Part shown: in pieces, positions 1-7,414 of the stretch
Numbering within the stretch: the stretch's first letter is position 1
Layout: the number at the start of each line of letters is the position of its first letter
Origin: a virus
Taxonomy: Duplodnaviria; Caudoviricetes
Direction: 5' to 3' (one strand)
Length of the DNA: 45,775 nucleotides
IMG/VR virus record: IMGVR_UViG_3300017766_002962
Span: 1 to 45,775 of that record
The notes under the pieces: generated by a model
What the model was told of the DNA's origin: nothing
Databases searched by the model: none
The model's input: the letters and a program-made list of their open reading frames with translations, nothing else
Program-made: the position numbers and the translations under genes

Positions 1-123
1 CGCCTGTGCCACGGCTTCCTGCTGGCGGGATTCGGCGGCGGCAATGGTGTGCCGTAACTCGGCACGCAAAGCGGTCAGCAACTCGCTCTGAACTGCGTAG
101 TCTTTCTCCGCCCGTTCCCGCGC
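1..123. repeat. Terminal direct repeat (left copy); circular-assembly overlap
   Basis: 1-123 is identical to 45653-45775 (cgcctgtgccacgg...cccgttcccgcgc). Confidence 0.97.
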
Positions 124-420
124 CTCTTTCTCGGCGGCGAGTTGGGCGCGAAGGTCTATTTCGCGGGACACCAAGTCAACCACATCTTGATAAGCTTGCG
201 TCCAATACGGGTTATCGCGTCCAACGGACTGCGCGTGTGTTTCCGGCGTGTTGGCAAACGTCGCAGTAGATATTGCCGCCAATCGCATTATGTGAAGCTC
301 AGATTCATCGTCCAAGGCTCCGATAGCGTCCGCAAGTTCCTTTGTCGGGGCAAGTTCTGCGGTTTTTGCACACTGCACTCCGTACTGACCAACTAATTCA
401 CCAAGTTTTTGCGAGTTCAT
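1..420 (-). CDS. 5' part of a 249-aa hypothetical coiled-coil protein that crosses the circular junction (continues 45652..45323)
   Basis: ATG at 420 preceded by SD AAGGAGG. Open frame MNSQKLGEL...QQEAVAQA runs to base 1 and continues in frame as LQDVIG... at 45652. Confidence 0.85.
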   Translation of the reverse strand, partial: MNSQKLGELVGQYGVQCAKTAELAPTKELADAIGALDDESELHIMRLAAISTATFANTPETHAQSVGRDNPYWTQAYQDVVDLVSREIDLRAQLAAEKEARERAEKDYAVQSELLTALRAELRHTIAAAESRQQEAVAQA

Positions 421-593
421 TTCCCCTCCTTCAGTCTGGCAATCTCGGCCTGCGCTGCCGCGAGTTCTCTTTCGAGTTGGCGGGCGAATTCGGCCCATTC
501 ATTCAGAACTGAGCAAGTAAATTCGTCAGGAAACCAACCGTGATAAGGCGTGGAACAGAAAGTGTCCGTTCTCGGCGTTCCCTGCTCGTTCAT
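417..593 (-). CDS. Small hypothetical protein (58 aa, TPRTD...FARQLEREL type)
   Basis: Manual translation MNEQGTPRTD...WAEFARQLERELAAAQAEIARLKEGK; ATGA overlaps with both neighbours. Confidence 0.8.
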   Translation of the reverse strand: MNEQGTPRTDTFCSTPYHGWFPDEFTCSVLNEWAEFARQLERELAAAQAEIARLKEGK

Positions 594-1042
594 GGCTTCC
601 TCCCTTGCGCGGCGGCGAGCACTGAAACCATTGCCCGATAAGCACGCTCCATGTTGACGCGGAATGCGTTGGCGGCATCACAGCCAACATCCAATGCCTT
701 ATCGAGAATGTCGTCGGTTGGCGCTATCAGGTTTCTCAAGGCATGCGCGGCAGTTTCCTGTGGAGACCATCCGTGGTAATCGCCCATTGCGCCGAGTTCT
801 CGACCCTCCTTGCTGCGAAAAAACGCGACAAGTTCATCCACCGGCACGACCACCCCCTCCTGGCGCTCGACAAGCTGGCCGGTGCGGTAGGCGTTCAGGT
901 GCTTGCAGAGTTTGGCGACGTTATCCCGCGTCCGTCCATCGTCAAAGCCTTCGGGGTCGGTCAGCGCAAGGTCGTCTAACAGGTCGAACGAAACGAGCAT
1001 ATCACCCAAGTCTTTCGCGTCGAGTTCGGATAGGGCGGTCAT
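590..1042 (-). CDS. Hypothetical protein
   Basis: 150-aa ORF with ATGA coupling at both ends. Confidence 0.75.
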   Translation of the reverse strand: MTALSELDAKDLGDMLVSFDLLDDLALTDPEGFDDGRTRDNVAKLCKHLNAYRTGQLVERQEGVVVPVDELVAFFRSKEGRELGAMGDYHGWSPQETAAHALRNLIAPTDDILDKALDVGCDAANAFRVNMERAYRAMVSVLAAAQGRKP

Positions 1043-1422
1043 TGCTGCTCACCCATCACCACGGCAATCGCCTTTTCCCAAGTAGGCCCGCCGTGCTTAG
1101 GACAGCGCGCAGTTTCACGGCAGAACCAAAGCTCCCCCGGCATCGCAGGGAACCGCCATGTGGCCGGTCTATACTCTCCGACGTGCGACCCATACGCTTT
1201 CTCTCCGCAAACCCCTGCGGGTGCGCCAGTGCCCCACCACATGGCTTTCTGGCACCGTAGCGGCGACTCCAACTGCAATGCCATCATTGCAAGCCTGCGC
1301 GTTTCCCCGAACCCCGCCGCACTTTCTTGCAGGTTGGTAAAGTCGTCGTAGGTAGCACAGACCATGTTCCCGTCTTGGCTAAACCGAATCGGGTAACGCG
1401 CAATAAGATGTTGCTCACTCAT
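1039..1422 (-). CDS. Hypothetical protein (QDGNMVCA..DFTNLQES.AGFGET motif; Cys-rich C-terminus)
   Basis: ATGA-coupled ORF with SD GGAG; motif recalled from other phage hypotheticals. Confidence 0.75.
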   Translation of the reverse strand: MSEQHLIARYPIRFSQDGNMVCATYDDFTNLQESAAGFGETRRLAMMALQLESPLRCQKAMWWGTGAPAGVCGEKAYGSHVGEYRPATWRFPAMPGELWFCRETARCPKHGGPTWEKAIAVVMGEQQ

Positions 1423-1871
1423 TTCTCTTTCTCCTGTTCGTCGGGGAGGGCGGCGTCTATGGCGTCATCCAAAGCGCCACATATCAGCGGGCCGACATAT
1501 TGCATTCCGTCATCAACTCGCTTTTGCGACACGACAATCGGATGCTCCCACTGCGCGCTTGATTTGTCGCGCAGCCACCGATACCGCCCCGCATCCCTCG
1601 CCATCCCCTCAAGCACCCGTACATGCTCGGCCCACACAAGGCTTCCAGAGTCAGCCGCCATCTGACGCGCCCACTCGAGCGCCGCGGTGATTTTGGCGGA
1701 GGTTGTCGCGGTCGGCGAGCTCACGGACTCGGTTACGGGCAGGGCGCGGATCGCGGCAGCGAATTTACGGTGACGCTCGGCGGTCGCCTGGTTAAGCGCC
1801 AAGTCCGCCATTACCGCCTCACCGTCGTGCCATTTGGCCGCCGCCTCAATACCATCACGGTAGGCGCTCAC
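1419..1871 (-). CDS. Hypothetical protein (DA.RYRWLR...LDDAIDAA motif, Ead/Ea22-associated type)
   Basis: GTG at 1871 overlaps the stop of the upstream gene; C-terminal motif is typical of phage accessory proteins. Confidence 0.7.
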   Translation of the reverse strand: MSAYRDGIEAAAKWHDGEAVMADLALNQATAERHRKFAAAIRALPVTESVSSPTATTSAKITAALEWARQMAADSGSLVWAEHVRVLEGMARDAGRYRWLRDKSSAQWEHPIVVSQKRVDDGMQYVGPLICGALDDAIDAALPDEQEKEK

Positions 1872-2140
1872 GGAGCCCAATCCTCTTTGGTCAAATAAAT
1901 GCCACAAAGGCGCGCAGCTTTCCTGACGGAAGGAACCGCCGGCCCCGGAATCATGCCTTCGGTGCCGCCCTTCTCGCGCGTCATCAGCCATTTGTACAGC
2001 GTCGAGATGTCTTTCTTGCGATCCACGGCGATCAGCGCCTTGTGCAAATTGGGCACGCCGCCAAACTTGGCGATGATGCGCGCCGCCTGGCTGTTGGCGA
2101 ACGGCCGGCTCGAGTCAAAAAGAGGAACGGAGGTGGTCAT
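1868..2140 (-). CDS. Cro-like HTH regulator
   Basis: IIAKFGGVPNLHKAL...ISTLYKW...GGTEGMIP Cro/YdaS-like pattern; first gene of the leftward operon, divergent from the repressor. Confidence 0.7.
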   Translation of the reverse strand: MTTSVPLFDSSRPFANSQAARIIAKFGGVPNLHKALIAVDRKKDISTLYKWLMTREKGGTEGMIPGPAVPSVRKAARLCGIYLTKEDWAP

Positions 2141-2157
2141 AGGGTCCGGAGTTGCGT

Positions 2158-2199
2158 TGAGAATGTCGCCAAGTGTAGAGAAAATCGCAACGAATGCAA
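2158..2199 (-). promoter_or_regulatory. Leftward (cro) sigma70 promoter with two operator sites
   Basis: TTGCAT (2199-2194)-16-TACACT (2177-2172); operator-like TGAGA-ATG-TCGCC 2158-2170 and AGAGA-AAA-TCGCA 2177-2189. Confidence 0.6.
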
Positions 2200-2229
2200 G
2201 AAAAATTTTAGGGGTGAGGCGAGTTTTAT

Positions 2230-2406
2230 TTACTTCGGGCCGGAATTCCCAAGATCCCGCAGCAGGTAATACAGCCATTCCGGCGCAGCGAATTCGATGT
2301 GGACCTCCGTTGGGGTGCCGGTTTTCGCATCTGTTGCGATGAACACCCAGGTGAAGCCCTTGTTGTGGCGGATAACGCGGGTGCCCGTCGGCACAATTTT
2401 GATCAT
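2230..2406 (-). CDS. Small hypothetical protein between cro and cI
   Basis: MIKIVPTGTRVIRHNKGFTWVF... 58 aa; start uncertain; operator-like site at 2464-2476 upstream. Confidence 0.45.
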   Translation of the reverse strand: MIKIVPTGTRVIRHNKGFTWVFIATDAKTGTPTEVHIEFAAPEWLYYLLRDLGNSGPK

Positions 2407-2548
2407 TTGCAATGGCATTTCGAAGCTCCCGTTCCGAAAAGTGATGTGATGGCCCGCGACAATAGAGAATTTCGCAACACCTGTCAATGGGCTGACAGCC
2501 ATACTTTAGTCGAGGGTGTCAAAAAAGCGAGTGTTCGGTGCCGTACAT

Positions 2549-2585
2549 TGTGAAATTTGCATTTTGAATTTAGACGGTGTATAAA
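2549..2585 (+). promoter_or_regulatory. Repressor promoter overlapped by an operator
   Basis: TTGCAT (2557-2562)-17-TATAAA (2580-2585); TGTGA-AAT-TTGCA at 2549-2561. Confidence 0.6.
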
Positions 2586-2629
2586 GTCAGCCAACCGATT
2601 ATTGATTCGTACCGATACTACCGATACCG

Positions 2630-3235
2630 ATGAGCACCAACCTGAAAATCGATACCCGCTGGTTCCGTGAACGCCTGGCGGACCGCAAACTCTCCCAACG
2701 CGGCATGGCGCGCGAGCTCGGGCTCGATGCGTCGGCCGTGTCTTTACTGCTGCGCGGCAAGCGCAAGGCCAGTGCCGAGGAAATCAGCCACATTGCCACC
2801 CTCATCGGGGCGCCGGCGCAGGAAGTGATCCGGCGCATGGGCGTGGAAGTGGCCGAACCCGCGCGCACGGTGGCCATCGCAGGCACCATATCCGCCGCCG
2901 GGGAAATCGCCACAAAGGGCGCCCGGGGCTTGGGAAAGGCTGCCAGCCCGCCGGATTTGCTCGAAGGCGCCATCGCGTTGCAGTACCGCGGTGCCGGCGA
3001 AATGGATGGGTGGGTGTTCTACTACAACACCAACAGCGACGTGCCGCGGGAAGCCGTTGGGCGCTTGTGTGTGGTCGCTGTGGAGGGTGTGGCGGCCAAG
3101 TTGATGCGGATCCTGCGCCATGGCTACCGATCGGGGAAATTCAATCTCGAGCCCTGGGCGGGCTTTTCCGGGGAATTGATCGAGAATGCGGTCGTGAAGT
3201 CCGCTTCACCCGTTTTGTGGATCAGGGTGGGCTAG
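2630..3235 (+). CDS. CI-like immunity repressor (XRE HTH plus degenerate S24-like C-terminal domain)
   Basis: LSQRGMARELGLDASAVSLLLRGKR HTH; C-terminal GRLCVV...FNLEP...ASPVLWIR resembles the S24 fold; divergent from cro. Confidence 0.85.
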   Translation: MSTNLKIDTRWFRERLADRKLSQRGMARELGLDASAVSLLLRGKRKASAEEISHIATLIGAPAQEVIRRMGVEVAEPARTVAIAGTISAAGEIATKGARGLGKAASPPDLLEGAIALQYRGAGEMDGWVFYYNTNSDVPREAVGRLCVVAVEGVAAKLMRILRHGYRSGKFNLEPWAGFSGELIENAVVKSASPVLWIRVG

Positions 3236-3270
3236 TGGATTACGTGCTGCAGTGGATTGCGGGGCCACCA

Positions 3271-3795
3271 TCAGGCTTTGATGCGCCGAACGAACAGCTT
3301 TCCGTTCTCGATCCACGTCTGCAGTTTTTTGACCCGGCGAATTTGATTGTAAGACGTGGTGCAGCGCCGCACCCGCTTTACCGTTTCCTCATCCCCATCG
3401 AACACGTACCACATCCCCATCGGCAATTGATCGAAGTGGTATTTCACTCGCTTGTCCACCGTGCCAACAGGATCGGCGTTGTCGTAGGGGCGCGGGTTGG
3501 GCAAATTCTTTTTGCCGTGATAGGTTTGGGTGTCCAGCAAATCTGCTCCCGGCTTAAAGCGACCGTAATACGCCCGGCAGTCGCGCACCCACACCCGCAA
3601 ATCGATGTCATGGCGCCGGGCATAGTCGCCGGCCGCCGCCTTGAGCTTACGAACCGTTACCGGGTCGAACCGATCGATGTAAAAAGCGCACCCCTCGTTT
3701 AAATCCTCAAAATGATAATCCTGGCGCCGTTCAGGCACGCCCGGCGAGAGTATTTTTCGTGCGTTTTGATTTTCCGATGCGGTTTCGATGGTCAT
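3271..3795 (-). CDS. Hypothetical protein with two tandem copies of a small putative DNA-binding domain
   Basis: YHFEDLNEG.AFY...TVRKLKAAAGDY and YHFDQLPMG.WY...TVKRVRRCTTSY repeats. Confidence 0.7.
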   Translation of the reverse strand: MTIETASENQNARKILSPGVPERRQDYHFEDLNEGCAFYIDRFDPVTVRKLKAAAGDYARRHDIDLRVWVRDCRAYYGRFKPGADLLDTQTYHGKKNLPNPRPYDNADPVGTVDKRVKYHFDQLPMGMWYVFDGDEETVKRVRRCTTSYNQIRRVKKLQTWIENGKLFVRRIKA

Positions 3796-3842
3796 TTTTC
3801 AGCCCTTTTCAACGAATACTCCACGTCCTATGGAGTAAATGT

Positions 3843-3875
3843 TGCGATTATCGCATAGTCGTGCGACTGAAACAA
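3843..3875 (-). promoter_or_regulatory. Perfect operator palindrome that also forms an extended -10 promoter
   Basis: TGCGA-TTA-TCGCA at 3843-3855; minus strand TTGTTT-17-GATAAT with a TG extension. Confidence 0.65.
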
Positions 3876-4252
3876 CAACAGAATCAAAGCGCACTCCGGG
3901 TGCTCACAGTATTCTTGGTTGACTTGGAGCAAATTGCGCAGGGGAAATTCAGGGCAGGGCATAGGGGTTTGGACCGACAGACCTTACCGCCAGGCAAAAA
4001 ACCTTATATGGAAATCCTACTGTGTATTTTATCTATAGAAGTAGAATAGAAAGAGTACATAGAGTATTTGTTGTTTTTTAAAGGAAAATTCTGCTCCATA
4101 GGGGAAAACCTTGACGGAGCAGACAGAGCACGAAATTCGGCACAGGGCATAGTCGGGTGCTGCCTGGTCGGATGGGTTTGTCGGGGTTATTTGTCAGAAA
4201 AAGCCCCTGTTTTCCTGACAGCATCGGGCGCTTTGTGACCTCCGCACCGGGC

Positions 4253-4279
4253 AATAAAAAACCCGGCACGGCGGCCGGG
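4253..4279 (-). terminator. Rho-independent terminator of the early leftward operon
   Basis: CCCGGC/GCCGGG stem with 6-nt loop, followed on the minus strand by TTTTTTATT. Confidence 0.85.
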
Positions 4280-4299
4280 CTTGAGTGGGTGCGGGCGGG

Positions 4300-4644
4300 C
4301 TAGTCGGCGTCAAGTATGGATTCCGCTTTGCTCAGCTCGTCTAGCCCGTAGCTGGTCGAATTGTGCGCATCGGTTTGGATCGTTTCGAGCTTTTCGACCA
4401 GCGCCAGCAGGTCCGCGCGATTGTCGCCGCGCATACGCTTGGCCAGGGTTTGCAGGTCCGATATTGCATCCTGCAGAAAATCCTCGTCCGGGTATTGGCC
4501 GGCCGCCTCTTGGACGTGCGCCACACAGGCGCGCGCCTCGTCCAATTGTTCAGCCTTGCGTAAAAGGGTTTCCTGCAATTCGACCGGCAATGCGCCGTTG
4601 ATGCGGAAAACCTCCGCAGCAGTCAGGTTTGAAGCGTTGAGCAT
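4300..4644 (-). CDS. Early hypothetical acidic helical protein (114 aa)
   Basis: ATG at 4644 with SD GGAGG; MLNASNLTAAEVF... Confidence 0.75.
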   Translation of the reverse strand: MLNASNLTAAEVFRINGALPVELQETLLRKAEQLDEARACVAHVQEAAGQYPDEDFLQDAISDLQTLAKRMRGDNRADLLALVEKLETIQTDAHNSTSYGLDELSKAESILDAD

Positions 4645-4646
4645 GG

Positions 4647-4781
4647 TCACAACCTCCCCAAAGATAAAAAGACAAGGCAAAAAACGTAAAAAAGGCCGGC
4701 ACCAAGGGTGCCTGCCAGGATGAGCAAGAGCAAAGGCGGTTGCGGATTCTTCGCCAGAAGCGGGTTTGTTTTTTGGATCAC
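4647..4781 (-). CDS. Small membrane protein (44 aa)
   Basis: Manual translation MIQKTNPLL...LLLLILAGTLGAGLFYVFCLVFLSLGRL; GTGA overlap with the upstream stop. Confidence 0.6.
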   Translation of the reverse strand: MIQKTNPLLAKNPQPPLLLLILAGTLGAGLFYVFCLVFLSLGRL

Positions 4782-4915
4782 GTGGCACCTCGCAGTGCGA
4801 TCCGCAAAAGGCGAACGTGTACCGGCCGCATGTAAGCGGACGGATTGGCGATTGACCTCCGCAACCAGTCCGCCGGCATTTGGCGCGCAATGCTCAAATA
4901 TTCGCGCCTGGTCAT
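4778..4915 (-). CDS. Small basic hypothetical protein (45 aa)
   Basis: MTRREYLSIARQ...; ATGA overlap. Confidence 0.6.
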   Translation of the reverse strand: MTRREYLSIARQMPADWLRRSIANPSAYMRPVHVRLLRIALRGAT

Positions 4916-5109
4916 TTGGCCACCTGCTCGAGCTTGATTGACATGGCGCGCAACGTGCCCGCGACTACCGGCGCCGCTTTGGCCGGGCTTTGTGGCCGGG
5001 CAATCCACGGGCCGCCGTTTCTGGCGATGCGCCACACAATGCCGGCGCCATAGCCGACATACTCGCCGCGGCGAAAACCTGATTTTTCGATGTTGGCCAG
5101 GTTGATCAT
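4912..5109 (-). CDS. Small hypothetical protein (65 aa)
   Basis: NIEKSGFRRGEYVGYGAG motif; ATGA overlaps. Confidence 0.7.
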   Translation of the reverse strand: MINLANIEKSGFRRGEYVGYGAGIVWRIARNGGPWIARPQSPAKAAPVVAGTLRAMSIKLEQVAK

Positions 5110-5675
5110 GCTGTCACCACGTCACGCTCGGCCCAGGCTTTACGTTCGCGGGCTTCGTGCAGTGCTGCGCGCCATGCGTCGCGTTTTTCCTGTAGGCGGT
5201 CTGCGTGCCAATCGACCGCCACGCGCATCATGTCCAAGTCATAACCGGATCCGCGCCAGTCATCCCCGAGAAAACCGCCGCAAGAATCTAGCGTTTCCCA
5301 TTGCGCGTCGTCGGATTCACGCACTTGGACGGACAGCACGTAAAAACCTTCACGGTTTGCCCGATCCAGTTCCGCTTTTCGCTCCCGATCGAGAATTGCG
5401 GGCTTTATGTCCGGGTTGGCGGCCGGGCTGTATGTATCGCCTTCGTGGTCATCGAACGTGTACCAGTCGTCGGGCGCAGTTTCAAACCGCGCCAGATCAC
5501 TAAAAACCAGTGCGTCAAAGGCGCATGTGGTTCTGGCCAGGCGCAAGGCGGCTTTGGCGCCTTCGTGCATTTGCGGGCGCACCATGCGGCCGTACACGAT
5601 GCACGGCAATAGGTGGCGGGCTTGATCTTTCCGGATTCGCGCATATTCGTGCAGTACAGGCTTGGCTAGTGGCAT
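5106..5675 (-). CDS. Early hypothetical protein (189 aa)
   Basis: ATG at 5675 with SD GGAGG; WETLDSCGGFLG motif recalled from phage early proteins. Confidence 0.75.
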   Translation of the reverse strand: MPLAKPVLHEYARIRKDQARHLLPCIVYGRMVRPQMHEGAKAALRLARTTCAFDALVFSDLARFETAPDDWYTFDDHEGDTYSPAANPDIKPAILDRERKAELDRANREGFYVLSVQVRESDDAQWETLDSCGGFLGDDWRGSGYDLDMMRVAVDWHADRLQEKRDAWRAALHEARERKAWAERDVVTA

Positions 5676-5798
5676 TTTTACCTCCGCTAAATCGTGCAAA
5701 TTGCACGCAAAAGCCTGTCCGGCTTTTGTGTGGAATCTGTCCGGTAGCGTTTTGGCGGGCCGGTTTGGTGTGCATTTGTTTTCATGATTAGATTTTCG

Positions 5799-5821
5799 CA
5801 ATCAATCAATCAATCAATCAA
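5799..5821. repeat. (CAAT)5+ simple sequence repeat
   Basis: caatcaatcaatcaatcaatcaa. Confidence 0.9.
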
Positions 5822-6311
5822 ACCAGCGCGAGGCAATGGCGCGGCCGTATTCCTTGCGGAAAGACTTGCGCAACCAGTCGCCGGCGCGCAGTCCGTTGTA
5901 ACGCCCGAATGTTTCGCCGGTTTCGGAATTGTGGACAAGCTCACCCTTGGGCATTGCCTTGGTGCGTTTCCAGTCCCAAAGGGCGGACGCCATGACTGCG
6001 CACACTGCGCGCCGGTATTCCGTCGGGAAGTATTGGCCGGTGCAGTACTCGATCCGCACGCCTTTGTCGGTTTGCTTGAGCTGCAGGCGCCCGGAAAACG
6101 CGCGCGTCGCGGCCAGAATGTCCTCCGCCGTGATGCTGTCGCGGAGCTCAACGTCGCGGATCAATCGCCGGGCTTGCTGGCCGTCCTTCGTGATGCTGCG
6201 TTGTTCGGCGCGGAATGCCTTAACGTCGCCATAGTTGCAAAACTCGATTCCGGACCGCTGTGCGACGAAGGCATACAGCGCGGCAATGATTTGTGACTTT
6301 TCCACGGCCAT
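5814..6311 (-). CDS. Early hypothetical protein (165 aa)
   Basis: AFSGRL...EYCTGQYFPTEYRRAVCAV motif, recalled as a recurrent phage early protein; SD AAGGGG. Confidence 0.8.
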   Translation of the reverse strand: MAVEKSQIIAALYAFVAQRSGIEFCNYGDVKAFRAEQRSITKDGQQARRLIRDVELRDSITAEDILAATRAFSGRLQLKQTDKGVRIEYCTGQYFPTEYRRAVCAVMASALWDWKRTKAMPKGELVHNSETGETFGRYNGLRAGDWLRKSFRKEYGRAIASRWFD

Positions 6312-6319
6312 ACCCCTTA

Positions 6320-6460
6320 TCAGGAAGCACGCGCGAGAATCCGCACGGCTTCATCCGGTCCGAAACCGCAAAAGCGCAGATACCGCGCGGCCGCCTTTGT
6401 GCCTTTGATCTGCTGCAGGAATCGCGCGTTGTCCGCTTGGTGTTGTTGGCGTTTGCTCAT
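6320..6460 (-). CDS. Small basic hypothetical protein (46 aa)
   Basis: MSKRQQHQADNARF...AAARYLRFCG; ATGA overlap. Confidence 0.6.
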   Translation of the reverse strand: MSKRQQHQADNARFLQQIKGTKAAARYLRFCGFGPDEAVRILARAS

Positions 6461-6648
6461 GCTTGCACCAGATCGATAGATTGGCGTGACAGCGTTTGCC
6501 CTTCGTTGAAATCGTCCATTGACGCATATAGGACAACGCATTCGTCGTTGATACCCAGCACGCGCCCATCTTTCAAAACAACCAGATCAACGGAACAGTT
6601 ACCGCCGGTTTCGTGCGATTGAATCTCGGCTATGAATTCGGTTTGCAT
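6457..6648 (-). CDS. First early gene; small acidic protein (63 aa)
   Basis: ATG at 6648 with SD AAGGAG. Confidence 0.75.
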   Translation of the reverse strand: MQTEFIAEIQSHETGGNCSVDLVVLKDGRVLGINDECVVLYASMDDFNEGQTLSRQSIDLVQA

Positions 6649-6680
6649 GTTTCGCTCCTTGTTGAGAGTGTTTAAAGTAT

Positions 6681-6764
6681 TGCGAAAATCGCAACACGCA
6701 GCCAATATGCGCCAAGCTGAAACGCCTTGTCAAGTCTTTTTCGCAACTTTATGCGATAATCGCA
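6681..6764. promoter_or_regulatory. Divergent control region for the early operon and terS, with two perfect operators
   Basis: TGCGA-AAA-TCGCA 6681-6693 and TGCGA-TAA-TCGCA 6752-6764; leftward TTGACA (6733-6728)-18-CATATT; rightward TG-C-GATAAT 6752-6760. Confidence 0.7.
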
Positions 6765-6767
6765 ACC

Positions 6768-7286
6768 ATGCTAAATACCCTGTACCGCCCGGCGCCCAAG
6801 GAATTGGTTCTAAAGCTGCTCGAGAAATATGCCGAAGGCGGATCCTTCAACGTGCACCGGTCAGAGCTCAATATATCCGGCAAAGGCTTTTATGCCGCCC
6901 TCGCTCAATGGCCAGAGCTCGAGATTCTTTACCGTGACATTCAAAAGCTACGCGCCGATGGGATGCTGCATGAGGTGTACGACATAGCATTGGACAGTGC
7001 CGCGGACCCAAAACGGGCGCGCGTGCAGTCCGACATTCGAATGAAGATAGCCGGCCTCTATGACCGCGCCAGGTATGGCGAACGTCTAGCCCTTGATGTG
7101 CAGCACACGGTCGATTTAACGGGAGCTCTGGCCGATGCTCGCGGCCGTTTGCGACTTAGGCGCGACCTAGAAAACGTAGAGGATGCGCAACTCATTGAAT
7201 CACCTAGGCTAATGGACGAGCGTGCCACAGATAAACTATCTGTTTCCACCGTGGTTATTCCGAAGCTAGACATATTCGAAGATTGA
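6768..7286 (+). CDS. terS: Terminase small subunit
   Basis: Directly upstream of terL; ADGMLHEVYDIALD...RARVQSDIRMKIAGLYDRARYGER matches the Sf6/BPP-1-type TerS pattern. Confidence 0.8.
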   Translation: MLNTLYRPAPKELVLKLLEKYAEGGSFNVHRSELNISGKGFYAALAQWPELEILYRDIQKLRADGMLHEVYDIALDSAADPKRARVQSDIRMKIAGLYDRARYGERLALDVQHTVDLTGALADARGRLRLRRDLENVEDAQLIESPRLMDERATDKLSVSTVVIPKLDIFED

Positions 7287-7414
7287 TCCGCCGGGCTTTT
7301 TCGGGACCGGGGGCCCGGGTGGGGGTGGGGGTGCGATTCCGGCCGGGCACGGGCCCGTGGCGGATAGGTTGAGGTCAAATTTTTTAATTTTTATTCAAAC
7401 GGTGACTTGCGAAA

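Noticed and set aside
4019-4040. LexA box at TACTGTGTATTTTATCTATA
   Set aside because: Only the left CTGT half is present; there is no ACAG at the required spacing
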